A DNA stretch of 64,000 bases from Owenia fusiformis. Taxonomy: Eukaryota. The position numbers and the translations under genes are program-made. Position 1 is the stretch's first letter; every line of letters begins with the position of its first letter. The notes below the pieces were generated by a model, which worked only from the letters and a program-made list of their open reading frames with translations, ran no database searches and had not been told where the DNA came from. Positions 11,601-23,717 of this stretch are shown here, piece by piece. The DNA lies in NCBI GenBank assembly GCA_903813345.2, contig CAIIXF020000001.1:16182001-16246000 (forward strand), read 5' to 3'.

Positions 11601-14600
11601 ATAATGTACCTAGATTATTGAGAGCAAATAATTTTCTGCAATGTATGAACTTTTAGAAAGATCATTGACCTCTTAAAGGTCATTGATTTTTTAACTCTTA
11701 ACCATGTCAGGGGTTTCATTGGCAATGGCAGCAGACAACAGTTGTTTTCATAAAATTGCCTGTTGTTTTTTAGGGATTTTTCAACTTTACCATGTAAAAT
11801 TATGATTTCCATTAATTTTGCCTGTTGTTTTCATTAAAAGCCTGTTGCGGGAAATTCTAGTGAAACCCCTGCATGTAAACCTTGTGAAAACAACATGGAA
11901 TTCCATTTGCAAACCTGTTAAAATTCAAAAATTAATGGAGGGGGGGGGGAGTAGCCGATTTCTGCAAGGAAATTCAAGAAACCTGGAAGATTTATTTTTT
12001 CATGAGAAAGTTTACGAATAAATCGTTAAATAGATAGGTGCACAGTATTACTAAATCTGTTAAGTATTTTATAAGTTCTTCTTTGGTGCGAGATTTATTT
12101 AAAAAGGCGAAATGCCTACAATGTGCATAAGTCAGTTTTTCTTAGGGCCGTGACATTCAACCGAAATCGGTCCCAACTGCAAACTTTTGCTTGAATAACA
12201 GTATTTGGAACTTTCATAATATGTTTTGAAGGGTTTCGGAATAAACATTGGAACCTTACCTACTATTGGCTTAGTTCAGTGTTTCCCCGATAATGTTTCC
12301 TTCAAAATTTGTCAAATATGCATGTGTATTAGTCGCATAAATATAATAAATAGTGATGATTATGCCAAGACACTGTCCTGTCAACTTATCAAGTAGGTTC
12401 GTTCCTTTTTATCACACCCAAAGGTGCTATATTGTAATCAGTAATCAGGCGGGCGTCCCGAATAATCTTGTCTACAGGTTTCCAGCCAAACCGTTTGAGG
12501 GATTCATTTGAAATTCTCAGGGATGTTTCTACCTATGAAAGTTTAGAACTGATTAGTTTTTCGGCATTCTGGGTAAATGTTAAGGTGGCCATTTTGGATT
12601 TTCCGTCCTAAAATCTTGTCTGAGGTTTCTAGCCAAACCATTTGAGGGATTCATTTGAAATTCTCAGGGATGTTTCTACCTATGAAAGTTTAGAACTGAT
12701 TAGTTTTTTGACATTCTGGATAAATATTAAGACGGCCATTTTGGATTTTCCGTCCTAAATTCTTGTCTGTCAAGGCTTGTCTACAGGTTTCCAGCCAAAC
12801 CGTTTGAGGGATTTAATTGAAATTCTCAGGGATGTTTCTACCTATAAAAGTTTAGAACTGATTAGTTTTTCGGCATTCTTGGTAAATGTTAAGGTGGCCA
12901 TTTTGGATTTTTCGTCCTAAAATCGTGTCTGTGAAGGCTTGTTTTAAAAAATAAAAAAGAATTTCCTATTGAGAGCAATGTTAAATTAAAGCATTTTTTT
13001 TAAAAAATAACTAAACGGTCAATTTTTTTCAGGAAAATCTGAATTGTAGAAAAAAGCTGATACACTGTGAAGTAATACCTTAAAACGTGTCTCTTGAGGG
13101 TTGTTTACAGGTTTCATGGATTCATCCTAAATAGAGATGTTTCTAGGGAAAGTTCAGAACTGATAAGTTTTTAGGCAGTCTGGGTAAATGTTAAGGTGGC
13201 CATTTTGAATTTTCCATCCCGAAAAGTGTATTCTGTTCAAGGGTGCGATTCTGTTCACCCTGTGGCTTGTTTGTTCCTTTTCATTTGTGGTCAGAAAGTG
13301 GTTCCAAAAGTTCAGATTCCATGAGACAAAGTTCCAATTCCGATTCTGGCACAGCCCTAGTTATTTTTCTACCATAAAGCAGGAGTCCAGAAGTCTACAC
13401 GACCTGTTATAAATACTAACAGATGGCATTATCAATATATGTCATTACTGTTTTTTAAAAATTATTTACAAAACGTGAAGAAATAATCAAATTTTAGAGT
13501 GAACAGAAGAGGCCGGGGGAATGGAGGGGGTGGAGTTATTCACTAGTTTACATCCCCTTTTGTTCACTCTAAAATTTGATTTTTCTTTTCAGAGAATTTT
13601 GGAACTCATTTTTAAAATACAGCAGAGATTCATTTGTCATTGATTACTTAATCTATATGTATTTATTACAGGCTTTGTAGACTACCACTAAAAAAACTTG
13701 CACGCTGGTGGCATTGCGCCTTCTTTCATAGACATTACACCTTAGAAGTGTATCAATTATTCCCCATACCATGCACCTATTCATTTTGCAATTTATTCAT
13801 TAACTTTATCTTGAGAAAATAAATCATGCAGATATGTGGAATTTTCTAGCAGAAATCGGCTACTTCCCCCTCGTTCATTTTTTTTTTCTTTCTTATCACC
13901 GGATGTGTTTATGAACACATGGAACTGCCTTATGGTGAGTTCAAGTCAGGTAGGTCAGATATCCTTACTTCATTTTTGCCTTCATATTTTCTTTGGCTTG
14001 TGATATTTTTCACTTTGGAGAGTTTCATCCACATATTTTGAAGAGGAAATGAGGATGACCTTTTTATCGCACTTTGAAAAAGTGCTATATTGTCGTCGTC
14101 TTGTGCTGTTGGGCGGGCGTGCGGGCGGGCGGGACATAAACCAAATCTTGTCATCAAATTTCCAGGATAACTGCTTACCTGTTCAACTTGAAATTTTTAC
14201 AGATGCAAGAGCAGACTAGTACCAAGATCTGATTAGGTTAAGGGCATGCTGGGTAAACTATGTGGCGGCCATTTTGAATTTTTCAACAAATCTTGTCATC
14301 AAAATTCCAGGAAAACCACTTATCCGTTCAACTTGAAATTTTTACAGATGCAAGAGCAGACTATTGGCAAGATCTGACTAGGTTTTGGGTATGCTGGCTG
14401 AATTACATGGTGGCCATTTTGAATTTTTGAATTTGGCGGCCATTTTGAGTTTTTCAACTTGCTCCAAATTGACCAAATTTTTTTTTTAAAAACATCTACA
14501 AGTTCTCAGAAGTTCAAATCTGACCTTAGATTTCAGATTTCACCTTTCGTTCACCTTCAGTGACCTTGAAAAGGTCAAAAAAGTTGATTTTCTAAATTGA

Positions 14601-17600
14601 TATTTTGGATTTAAATTTAGGTCAGCTTAATTACAAAACACCTACTGAGGTCTGAAAAAGTGAAATTTTCAAGGTCGAAAGTCAAGGTCATTAAACTAGG
14701 TCACAAATGATGTTATCCAAGTTTCTCAAAGTTTGAGACTACAAATCAATTCTTGTCATCAAAATTCCAAGAAAACCGCTAACCTGTTCAACTTGAAATT
14801 TTTACACATGCAATAGCAGACTAGTGCCAAGATCTGATTAGGTTAAGGGCATGCTGGGTAAACTACGTGGTGGCCATTTTGAATTTTTCAACAAATCTTG
14901 TCATCAAAATTCCAGGAAAACCACTTATCCGTTCAACTTGAAATGTTTACAGATGCAAGAACAGACTATTGCCAAGATCTGATTAGGTTTTGGGTATGCT
15001 GGCTGAACTACATGGTGGCCATTTTGAATTTTTCAATTTGGCGGCCATTTTGAATTTTTCAACTTGCTCCAAATTGACCAAATTTTTTTTTTAAAAACAT
15101 CTACAAGTTCTCAGAAGTTCAAATCTGACCTTAGATTTCAGATTTGACCTTTCGTTGACCTTCAGTGGCCTTGAAAAGGTCAAAAAAGTTGATTTTCTAA
15201 ATTGATATTTTGGATTTAAATTTAGGTCAGCTTAATTACAAAACACCTACTGAGGTCTGAAAAAGTGAAATTTTCAAGGTCGAAAGTCAAGGTTATTAAA
15301 CTAGGTCACAAATGATGTTATCCAAGTTTCTCAAAGTTTGAGACTACAAATCAATTCTTGTCATCAAAATTCCAAGAAAACCGCTAACCTGTTCAGCTTG
15401 AAATTTTTACACATGCAATAGCAGACTAGTGCCAAGATCTGATTAGGTTAAGGGCATGCTGGGTAAACTACGTGGTGGCCATTTTGAATTTTTCAACAAA
15501 TCTTGTCATCAAAATTCCAGGAAAACCACTTATCCGTTCAACTTGAAATTTTTACAGATGCAAGAACAGACTATTGCCAAGATCTGATTAGGTTTTGGGT
15601 ATGCTGGCTGAATTACATGGTGGCCATTTTGAATTTTTCAATTTGGCGGCCATTTTGAATTTTTCAACTTGCTCCAAATTGACCAAATTTTTTTTTAAAA
15701 AAACATCTACAAGTTCTCAGAAGTTCAAATCTGACCTTAGATTTCAGATTTGACCTTTCGTTGACCTTCAGTGGCCTTGAAAAGGTCAAAATTTTGATTT
15801 TCTAAATTGATATTTTGGATTTAAATTTAGGTCAGCTAATTACAAAAGACCTACTGAGGTCTGAAAAAGTAAAATTTTCAAGGTCGAAGGTCATCAAATT
15901 AGGTCATAAACAATGTTATCTAAATTTTCCCAAAGTTCAAGACTACAAATAAATTCTTGTCATCAAAATTGCAGGAAAACCGCTAACCTTGTCAACTTGA
16001 AATGTTTACAGATGCAAGAGCAGACTAGTGCCAAGGTCTGATTAGGTTTTGGCCATGCTGGGTAAATTGCATGGTGGCCAGTTTGCTCTTCAAAGTGCGA
16101 TATTTATCACTGTGTGTCTTGTTACAATATGATAAATCATAAACAAATGATAAAATTATTAAGAGAAGAAACACAATAAAGTTCATAAAATCCCTGGAGG
16201 GGAGTGTATGAAACGTTCACTGGGATCTATATGGAATATGGCAAAGACGTCAATATAATTTTCATCAACATGCTGTATACACCCTAACATCACAGTGATT
16301 GTTGTGTTAGTCATGTGTCCCTAAGTAATGTCCCTTTGAAAAGAATTAACATGTTCATTCTTTTTATGGGACACAAAGGGACAACCGATAGACAATGTCC
16401 CTTGATGTCCCATGGAAATGTCCGATCTTGTCCATTCATGTCCCATTAAAATATTTTACTCTATAGCTCCCTTAATGTCCCATCATGTCCTATTGGTGTG
16501 CAGATAGCTGTACAAGCCTCCAAACTCAGAGTAGATATAATACTTTATAACTCTACTTTTTTAGGTATGAGGATGATGGAGATAATAAATTAACAAGTCG
16601 ATATATCAGACCACGTGCACGGAACAACATCAAATTCACAGATGTAAAAGTTGGAGATAAAGTGACAATAAATTACAATGAACTTGATGAAGATCAAAGA
16701 GGCTTCTGGTACGATGCAATAGTCACGAGAAAAACTGATACACGAACAAAGAAAGAATTATTCGCCTCTATATTTGTAGGGTAAGTAGAAAATATGAAAC
16801 TGTGGAGTCTATAAAAAGTACAAATAATTGTAATATACCATATGGTATATTTTTTGTTGATACCCTACTAAAATATGTTTCTTGATGGCAGTCTGTCTCT
16901 CTTGAACAAATAATTACCTGAAATACATTTTTCACTGGTTGTTCCAGAACTGCAGCCAGTGTTCGCCTGGACAACTGCAAGGTGCTGTTCATTAATGAAG
17001 TGATGTCCATAGAGCAACCAGGATCACAACTGAACATCAACACACACGGGGCTGCAGCCTCACCAGTCAAACGTAAGAACAAAATATAAATTTTTACTCT
17101 GCACTTGAGGTTCAGGCCATATGAAATTCAGATCTGTGAAATCAAAAGAGAAATTAAGGTTGAATGTTTAAAGGGACATTAGATAAGTAGGTTAATTTTG
17201 AAACACCTTTGCTGCATCATTATACATGCATACACGTTTCTTTAACCTTCTGCATGCTAACTTAATTCAGCAAATATATCCCACGCGACTGACTTATTTT
17301 TCAAAGAGTGCAAAAATGATATGCCTGGACTAAATAATTAATATCTCAATAACTACTGAATGAATCTGGATAAAATTTTCACAAAGAGAAGATACATTGG
17401 CCTGGCTCATGAAAAAAATGTTCTCATGAATTTTTTACATAAATAAACAGGACTGGGCATAAATATACCATGAATACTCCTCCAGAATCCGCCGCTTCGC
17501 CCCTGTGGAGATTCAACGTCTGGTAAGAATCCAAAACTGAATTTGCAGCGATCGAATGTTCATTTTTCAGTTCAGAAAATATTCTAGTTTCTATTTTCGA

Positions 17601-20600
17601 TGACCATTATCGGCTTCCAAGAGCATAAAGAGCTCGAAATCGCGATTCATTTCCTCCACATGTTCGTTGTGATCGTATTTGGCCGCCATTTTGTATGATT
17701 TGTTCACTAAAAACGACTTAAACAATGTTTAAATCGTTGAATTGAGAAATATTTTTCGAAACATCGCCATTTCTAGGTCAACAGGAAGTCCCCACGTAAG
17801 GACTAAATAAATCGGGCAATCTGATTGGATCATAAGACCGGCGGGAAAAAGTTAAGTTTTTGAAAGTTTAAATTCGACTGGAGTCGCCGGCAGTTGCCCG
17901 GGATTGTTAAGCACGGGCGACTACGCTCGCCGGTAGCATGCTAAAGGTTAAAGGTTTTCCATGAAAATATGAATTCCCTTTCAATTCATACTTCTTACAC
18001 TGCTTTTCCCACAAGCTCTACTATTAATGTCTCCAGGCACAAACAAAGCAGAGTATGACCATTGTCTACAAATGTTTCCAGGCATAAACAAAGCAGAGAA
18101 TGACCACTGCCTATAAATATTTCCAGGCACAAACAAAGCAGAATGTGACCACTGTTTAGATAACAAGAAGAAGAAATGTAAGTTCTGTGGCTGCCAGACA
18201 TGCGGTATTAAGAAGGATCTTGATAAGACATTACTATGTGATGAGTGTAATCTACCATACCACACATACTGTGTAGACCCACCTGTCAAACTAGAGGATA
18301 TACCTGAAGATGAAGACTGGTAAGAACTAAGTATATCGTGTCTTGAAGCAACTGATCGCTCATTACAGACTAAACATTACTTTGGAAGCAAAAGAGATAG
18401 CATATACCCGGAGTTGATAATACATGAAAAATTGCAGTTTCTAGCTATTAATCTAAATTGCTGATATAGGAGGAGCTGATGGGTGGATGTCAAAAATGAG
18501 GATTCGTAACAAAGAAATAATTGAATCTGTTTGATGAAATGCTTGGATCCAGAAAACCTCTGAATGTAAAAAATAAGAGGGGATAACCCCAAAGAAAAAT
18601 GCAAAGAATATGAATTATTCAAGACTCCCTCAATCATAATTTTCTGTAAAATTAAAAGGTACATGTATGTAAAATATATTGAATGTCAATGTCCAGGTAC
18701 TGCCCTGTTTGCCGCAATAACACAGATGAGGTTATCAAGGCAGGACAGAAGCTGAAAGAGAGCAAGAAGAAAGCTAAGATGGCATCTTCTACTACCACCT
18801 CAAACAGAGACTGGGGAAAGGTAAGCACCTCCTGTCATACTGCTTTTTGTGAGATTCGAAAGAAATGTCTCAAATTCTCAAGAAATGGATTCTAATCAGT
18901 GTTTACATATGTCCAAGTACACATACGAAATGAAACGATTTTTGTAAGATCTAAGAATCTTTTTTCTATGGATGAACCAATACCTGATGATGTGATATAT
19001 TCTTTGACTTGATAGAATTCAAGAGAATGACAGATATAGCAGGCATCTGTTTTACTTTGTGCATTAATTTTGTTATTTTAATTTTGCATAATTTAGGGTA
19101 TGGCTTGTGCCGGGCGTATGAAGATCTGCAACACCGTACCACCCAATCACTTTGGACCAATACCTGGGGTAGAGGTTGGAAGTACATGGAGGTTCAGACT
19201 TGGTGTAAGTTATCTCAATACCCTGTCACTGTTCTTTTATTTTTTTTGGGGAACACTGTTCAGTGATCTCCACAGGATTTTTTCTCAAATGGGTGCAATA
19301 TTCTCATTTTCATAATTCAGACCAAAATTGGTCAAAAACTGCCAATTTTTCATGATTTTTCTCATTTTCAAGTGGGTGCAAATGGATTTTCAGGTGGGTG
19401 CAAGCCTATTTCCAAAATCTCAGTTGGGTGCTGCGCCCACTTGCTTAACCCTTTCACGACGATAGGCTCCATATGGAGCCCTATTATGTTATACCTTTCA
19501 GGACGATAGGCTCCTTTTGGCACCATTATTTTTATTTATATACATCAATGAAATGACAATATCTCCAGTTCTATTCAGTATTTTTACACCAAATTTTGAC
19601 AAGTTGTTCTTATGTGATAATCCTTACTAAAAATTGTATATCAGTGATGAAATCCAAGGTATAGGTCCCAAGGCATAGGTATTTTGCAGTTTTCCCCTAA
19701 AAAACACTCTTACTTATCCGTCACTGGGGACAACATTTTCCTCTTATATTCACGTCGGGAAAGGGTTAAATACTAGTGAGATCGCTGATGATTACTCAGT
19801 AGGGCTGTGTACTTAAAAACTTTGCTTAAGGTTGCTCATAACAATGATTGAATCAGTGGACTCAATGATTCTTGAAATGAATTTGAGAAATTTTTGAAAT
19901 AAATATGTGATTTAATATTTTGACTTGCAGGCTAGTGAAGTTGGTATACATCGGCCCCATGTGGCAGGTATACATGGTAGAGATTCCGAAGGGGCCTACT
20001 CTGTGGTGCTAAGTGGTGGTTATGAGGATGACACAGTAAGTTTGTAATTCACTGATTTACACAGTAAGTTTGTAATTCACTGATTTACACAGTAAGTTTG
20101 TAATTCACTGATTTACACAGTAAGGTTGTAATTCAGCGATTTAATTATAATTTGATATGCACATTTTTTAATGTTAATAGCCTATCTGTCATTTCCATTT
20201 AAGATCTCTCAATTTTCAAGAAATTGGCAGTCTGGGTGTCGTGTAATTGTAAATATATATGGAACTCACTGCGGAAGGTAGATCAATTGTAAATTCCATG
20301 TTTGTAAAATATTTGAACATATGTGACCACAAAGTCAAAATAACAGATACACTACTGTATTTTTAAATGAATATATTTCTGCATGTAGGATAATGGGGAT
20401 GAGTTCTTCTACACTGGGAGTGGTGGTAGAGATCTTTCAGGAAACAAGAGGACAGCTGAACAGTCATGTGATCAGACCCTTACCAGAATGAACAGGTAAT
20501 CAGTTTACATTATCTGAGTATTTAAACATGGCAGTTAAACCTGTCAAGTTGAACACCTCAAGTATAACATCTTTTCTAAATTGGACACTTTATAGTCCAG

Positions 20601-23600
20601 TGGCCCTTTGACTTCATCTTAAACAGTCCTCTTTTAGTAGATAGTGTATAACCTAGGTCAGACACTTTTATGTGGGAACCAAGAGTGTTTCACTCACACA
20701 TGTTTAACTATGCTATCATTTGATATAAAAAATATAGAAAAGTTAAGGAAGCTACGAGTCCTGACTCCTTTAAAAAAACAATTTATCCAATGATGAAATA
20801 ATAGTTGTACGTTCAATCTATACTAGCGTTTTTTATGTCACCACTTTAAGTGGTGACAAATTGTTATAGTCTCCAACTTTTTTGTGGTCAGTGTCTGAAA
20901 CAAATGGTAGGTCATGACATTTTGCATGTTAATGCCTTGTCTTGATTTAGCACAGCATTCACCTGATTTGATGCCCAGGAGGTTGCTATGATTTTAACTT
21001 TATATTATTTCAAATCAAAAATCCCTGTTCTACTTGAACGTTCCATAGATTCTGACATTGTATTTATTTAATGTTTAGAGCCCTAGCGAGAAACTGTAAT
21101 GCTCCTATAGATGATAAGAAAGGTGCTGAAGCTAAAGACTGGCAGAAAGGAAAGCCCCTGCGTGTTGTTCGCAATGTTAAATGTGCTAAACATTCCAAGT
21201 ATGCACCTGAAGAGGGCAACAGATATGACGGCATATATAAGGTAGGTATTGTATGTAATGTGAGTGTATATTTAAGACAAGTAAAGACTCTGTACAATGT
21301 ATGGTAAAACCAGTGATCTCTCTTGTCAGCAGCTAGGTACTCTAAATTCCTTAAAACAGCATAATTATGCAAGCAATCTCAAAATTCTTAACACATTTTC
21401 TAACAGGGTACAAGGTTATTCCTTCATTTGTTAATTGAATTTTGAAAAAAATGTTGAAAATTTTTAATTTTATTTTAAAAGATGTACGGATGTGTATCCT
21501 AAAATATGTATGAGAAAAGGTTAAGATTATAAGAAAGTAAAAGAAAAATTTCTTACACCATATTGCTACCCAAGTATTATCTATTGCATGATTTACATTG
21601 TCACAGGTTGTTAAATACTGGCCAGCTAAGGGCAAGAAGGGATTCATTGTGTGGCGTTATCTTATGCGCCGTGATGATCCTGTACCAGCTCCATGGACTA
21701 AGGCAGGCAAGAAACGAATTGCAGAACTTGGCCTAACAATCCAGGTAATTATCCTCGTAACATCAAATTAAGCTATTTCCCATATTCCTTGTTGCATGGA
21801 AATCAATCATGATTCAACAGTTTTGATGCAAAGGTTTGTGGAAAATTGGAAAGTTTGATAGATTAATCGTAAGTACTCATTAGGTGCCCTCAGTTGACAT
21901 ATTTCTTTTCTAAGGAGTTGGGAGTTTTTTTAGCAAAAGTAATTCATTATTAGAGACAATTTAAACTGTTGCAGCATTGAAAACATTGGATATTGAGATG
22001 GGTTAGGGAAAGTGATAAATATTTCAAAATGGAGCATCATTGTCATGATTTGTTGTATATGTGCTCTTCCCTTCCAGTACCCTGAGGGATACCTTGAGGC
22101 CCAGGCTGAGAAAGAGAAACAGAAAGATGCAGAGAAAGGTGGCAAGGGCAAGGGAAAGCGTAAGAGAGGCAGTGACAGTGAGAGCAGTAGTGAAGGTATG
22201 ATCACCAATCACTAATGGTGTAATTTTTTTCATTAACATTTAAAGTACCCTTGTACATTGTTCAATAAAATACAGTAGGAAAATGAGTATTACATTATCG
22301 ACAAAAAGTTAAGGCACCATACTAACAGAACAAACATAATGTCTTCAAAGACATAGACATCTCTCGAAACAGTGCGATCCAGATATTTTCAAATGATAGT
22401 TCTGGTGTGTTCGAAGCTGTCTTCAGTGTACTTGACCACCAGCATACTCTGAAAAAGTATGTAATTTATCATAAATATTCCATATATTGGTCAAACTTTT
22501 ATTGGCTGTTTGTATGTTTCATGTAGATGAGCCTGCCAGTATTAATAAAAGCACCCCTAGTAAGGCAAGTACCCCTAAACGCAAGAAGGTTGCTGCTTAC
22601 AAGATCAATCCGGACACTGCTAAGCTAATTGCACAAGATGAACAGAACAAGAAGGTCTGGGATGAGGCAATGAAGTTTACCAAGGAAGGGGGACAGGTAG
22701 AGATCAATCTCATTTATCATTTCACTGAAAAAAATGAACACACAATCCAACCTATTTCATGACATGCTTACTTCCATTATTTTGAGTAATTGGCATTTCA
22801 TCACTAGAGAATTCCTCTTCAAATATGTATAATAGCTGGATGTAATACTTGGAACAGACCTTATCATCATTATAATCAATTATATGAAAGTTATTATTGA
22901 TTAATTTATGTTTACCGGATTGAAGATATGTGTATAAATCGATAATCTGTCAATTAGCATGAGTTGCAGTTAATATATGTATATAACATGTATGTTTGTT
23001 TTAGGTGTTCCTGCGTAAAGTGGAAGAAATGTTTGGCTGTATATGCTGTCAAGATATTGTATGTCGCCCCATCACTGTCAAGTGTTTGCACAACATATGC
23101 AAGGTAAACTATTCTGTAGTTGTTAGGAATTGTTCATTTGATCCAATCTAAGGTAGTTCTCTTGCTATAACAAGATGAAACAATAAACATGTGTTCTACT
23201 GTAAGTCTAAAATTGTGCTACATGTTTCACATAGATATCTATTTAATATACAATACTGTGTCTATGTGTAACTAATTATCTGGTTTGATTGCAGGAATTT
23301 ATACTGTTTGTGTATGCAGTTGCAAGAATGTATAATGTCTGTGTATGATTGCAGGAATGCATATTGTCTGTGTATGATTGCAGGAATGCATATTGTCTGT
23401 GTATGATTGCAGGAATGCATATTGTCTGTGTATTATTGTATGTTTGCAGGAATGTATACTGTGTATGGTGGCAATAATGTATCTCTGTTTATGGTTGCAA
23501 GAATTAAAATGTCTGATTGCATATTGTCTGTATGGTTGGATAATTTTATAATGTCTGTGTTTGTTTGCAGGACTGTCTGAGCAGGTCATTCAAGGCAGAG

Positions 23601-23717
23601 GTGTACAGTTGTCCTGCATGTAGGGAAGAACTTGGGAAGAACTACAGCATGGCAACCAACAAGCCCCTCACTGCCGCACTCCAGGCCCTCTTCCCAGGCT
23701 ATGAGAGTGGGCGCTAG
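8636..23717 (+). CDS. UHRF1: E3 ubiquitin ligase UHRF1 (UBL-TTD-PHD-SRA-RING). Exons: 8636-8788, 9110-9265, 10163-10261, 10518-10969, 16565-16780, 16948-17072, 18127-18319, 18697-18820, 19097-19204, 19931-20035, 20389-20495, 21079-21241, 21607-21744, 22078-22195, 22527-22696, 23005-23103, 23571-23717
   Basis: [10 protein letters not shown]...QRLFFRGKQ (UBL); GAWYEAEI and RGFWYDA (TTD); [14 protein letters not shown]...WYCPVC (PHD); [10 protein letters not shown]...VLSGGYEDD...[14 protein letters not shown]...[12 protein letters not shown] (SRA); CICCQ...HNICKDCL...CPACR (RING); ends LFPGYESGR*. All junctions are GT-AG and in phase. Confidence 0.97.
11030..11160. mobile_element. Short dispersed HINE-like repeat; further copies at about 20829-20942 and 47942-48073
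   Basis: Shared ttatgtcaccac...aacaaatggtaggtggtgacattttgcatgt(t)aatgccttgt in three places, with TT-rich ends and a subterminal inverted repeat. Confidence 0.65.
11709..11871. mobile_element. Small MITE (CAGGGGTTTCA ... TGAAACCCCTG)
   Basis: 11-bp perfect terminal inverted repeat. Confidence 0.5.
12143..13359. mobile_element. hAT-like MITE (TAGGGC.GTG ends) interrupted by a HINE-like element at 12406-13271 carrying about 150-165-bp tandem repeats
   Basis: Outer TIR tagggccgtgaca / tggcacagcccta. Inner element tttttatcacaccc ... gggtgcgat ... cttgtt, with repeated units aatcttgtct...ggccattttggattt. Confidence 0.6.
14061..16123. mobile_element. Helentron-associated (HINE/DINE-1-like) element with a satellite-like core of about 3.2 x ~600-bp units
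   Basis: 5' TTTTT, subterminal IR atcgcactttgaa (14066) / ttcaaagtgcgat (16089), (GGGC)n microsatellite, unit starts near 14146/14751/15356/15954, 3' cttgtt. Confidence 0.75.
17246..17947. mobile_element. piggyBac-like non-autonomous element with TTAA TSD
   Basis: ttaa|ccttctgcatgcta ... tagcatgctaaagg|ttaa. Confidence 0.75.
18032..18156 (+). repeat. 3 x 45-bp tandem repeat spanning the UHRF1 exon 7 splice acceptor
   Basis: tccag|gcacaaacaaagcaga...gacca.tg, with units starting at 18037, 18082 and 18127. Confidence 0.9.
19449..19765. mobile_element. piggyBac-like MITE with TTAA TSD, nested in an older CAGTGATCTC...GAGATCGCTG element (19261-19787)
   Basis: ttaa|ccctttcacgacg ... cgtcgggaaaggg|ttaa. 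Confidence 0.8.
20031..20142 (+). repeat. 4 x 28-bp tandem repeat spanning the UHRF1 exon 10 splice donor
   Basis: (acaca|gtaagtttgtaattcactgattt)x4. Confidence 0.92.
23280..23580 (+). repeat. About 29-bp minisatellite built from the UHRF1 last-exon acceptor
   Basis: Units tgtatgattgcag|gaatgcatattgtctg, ending in the real acceptor gtttgtttgcag|gactgtctg. Confidence 0.85.
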
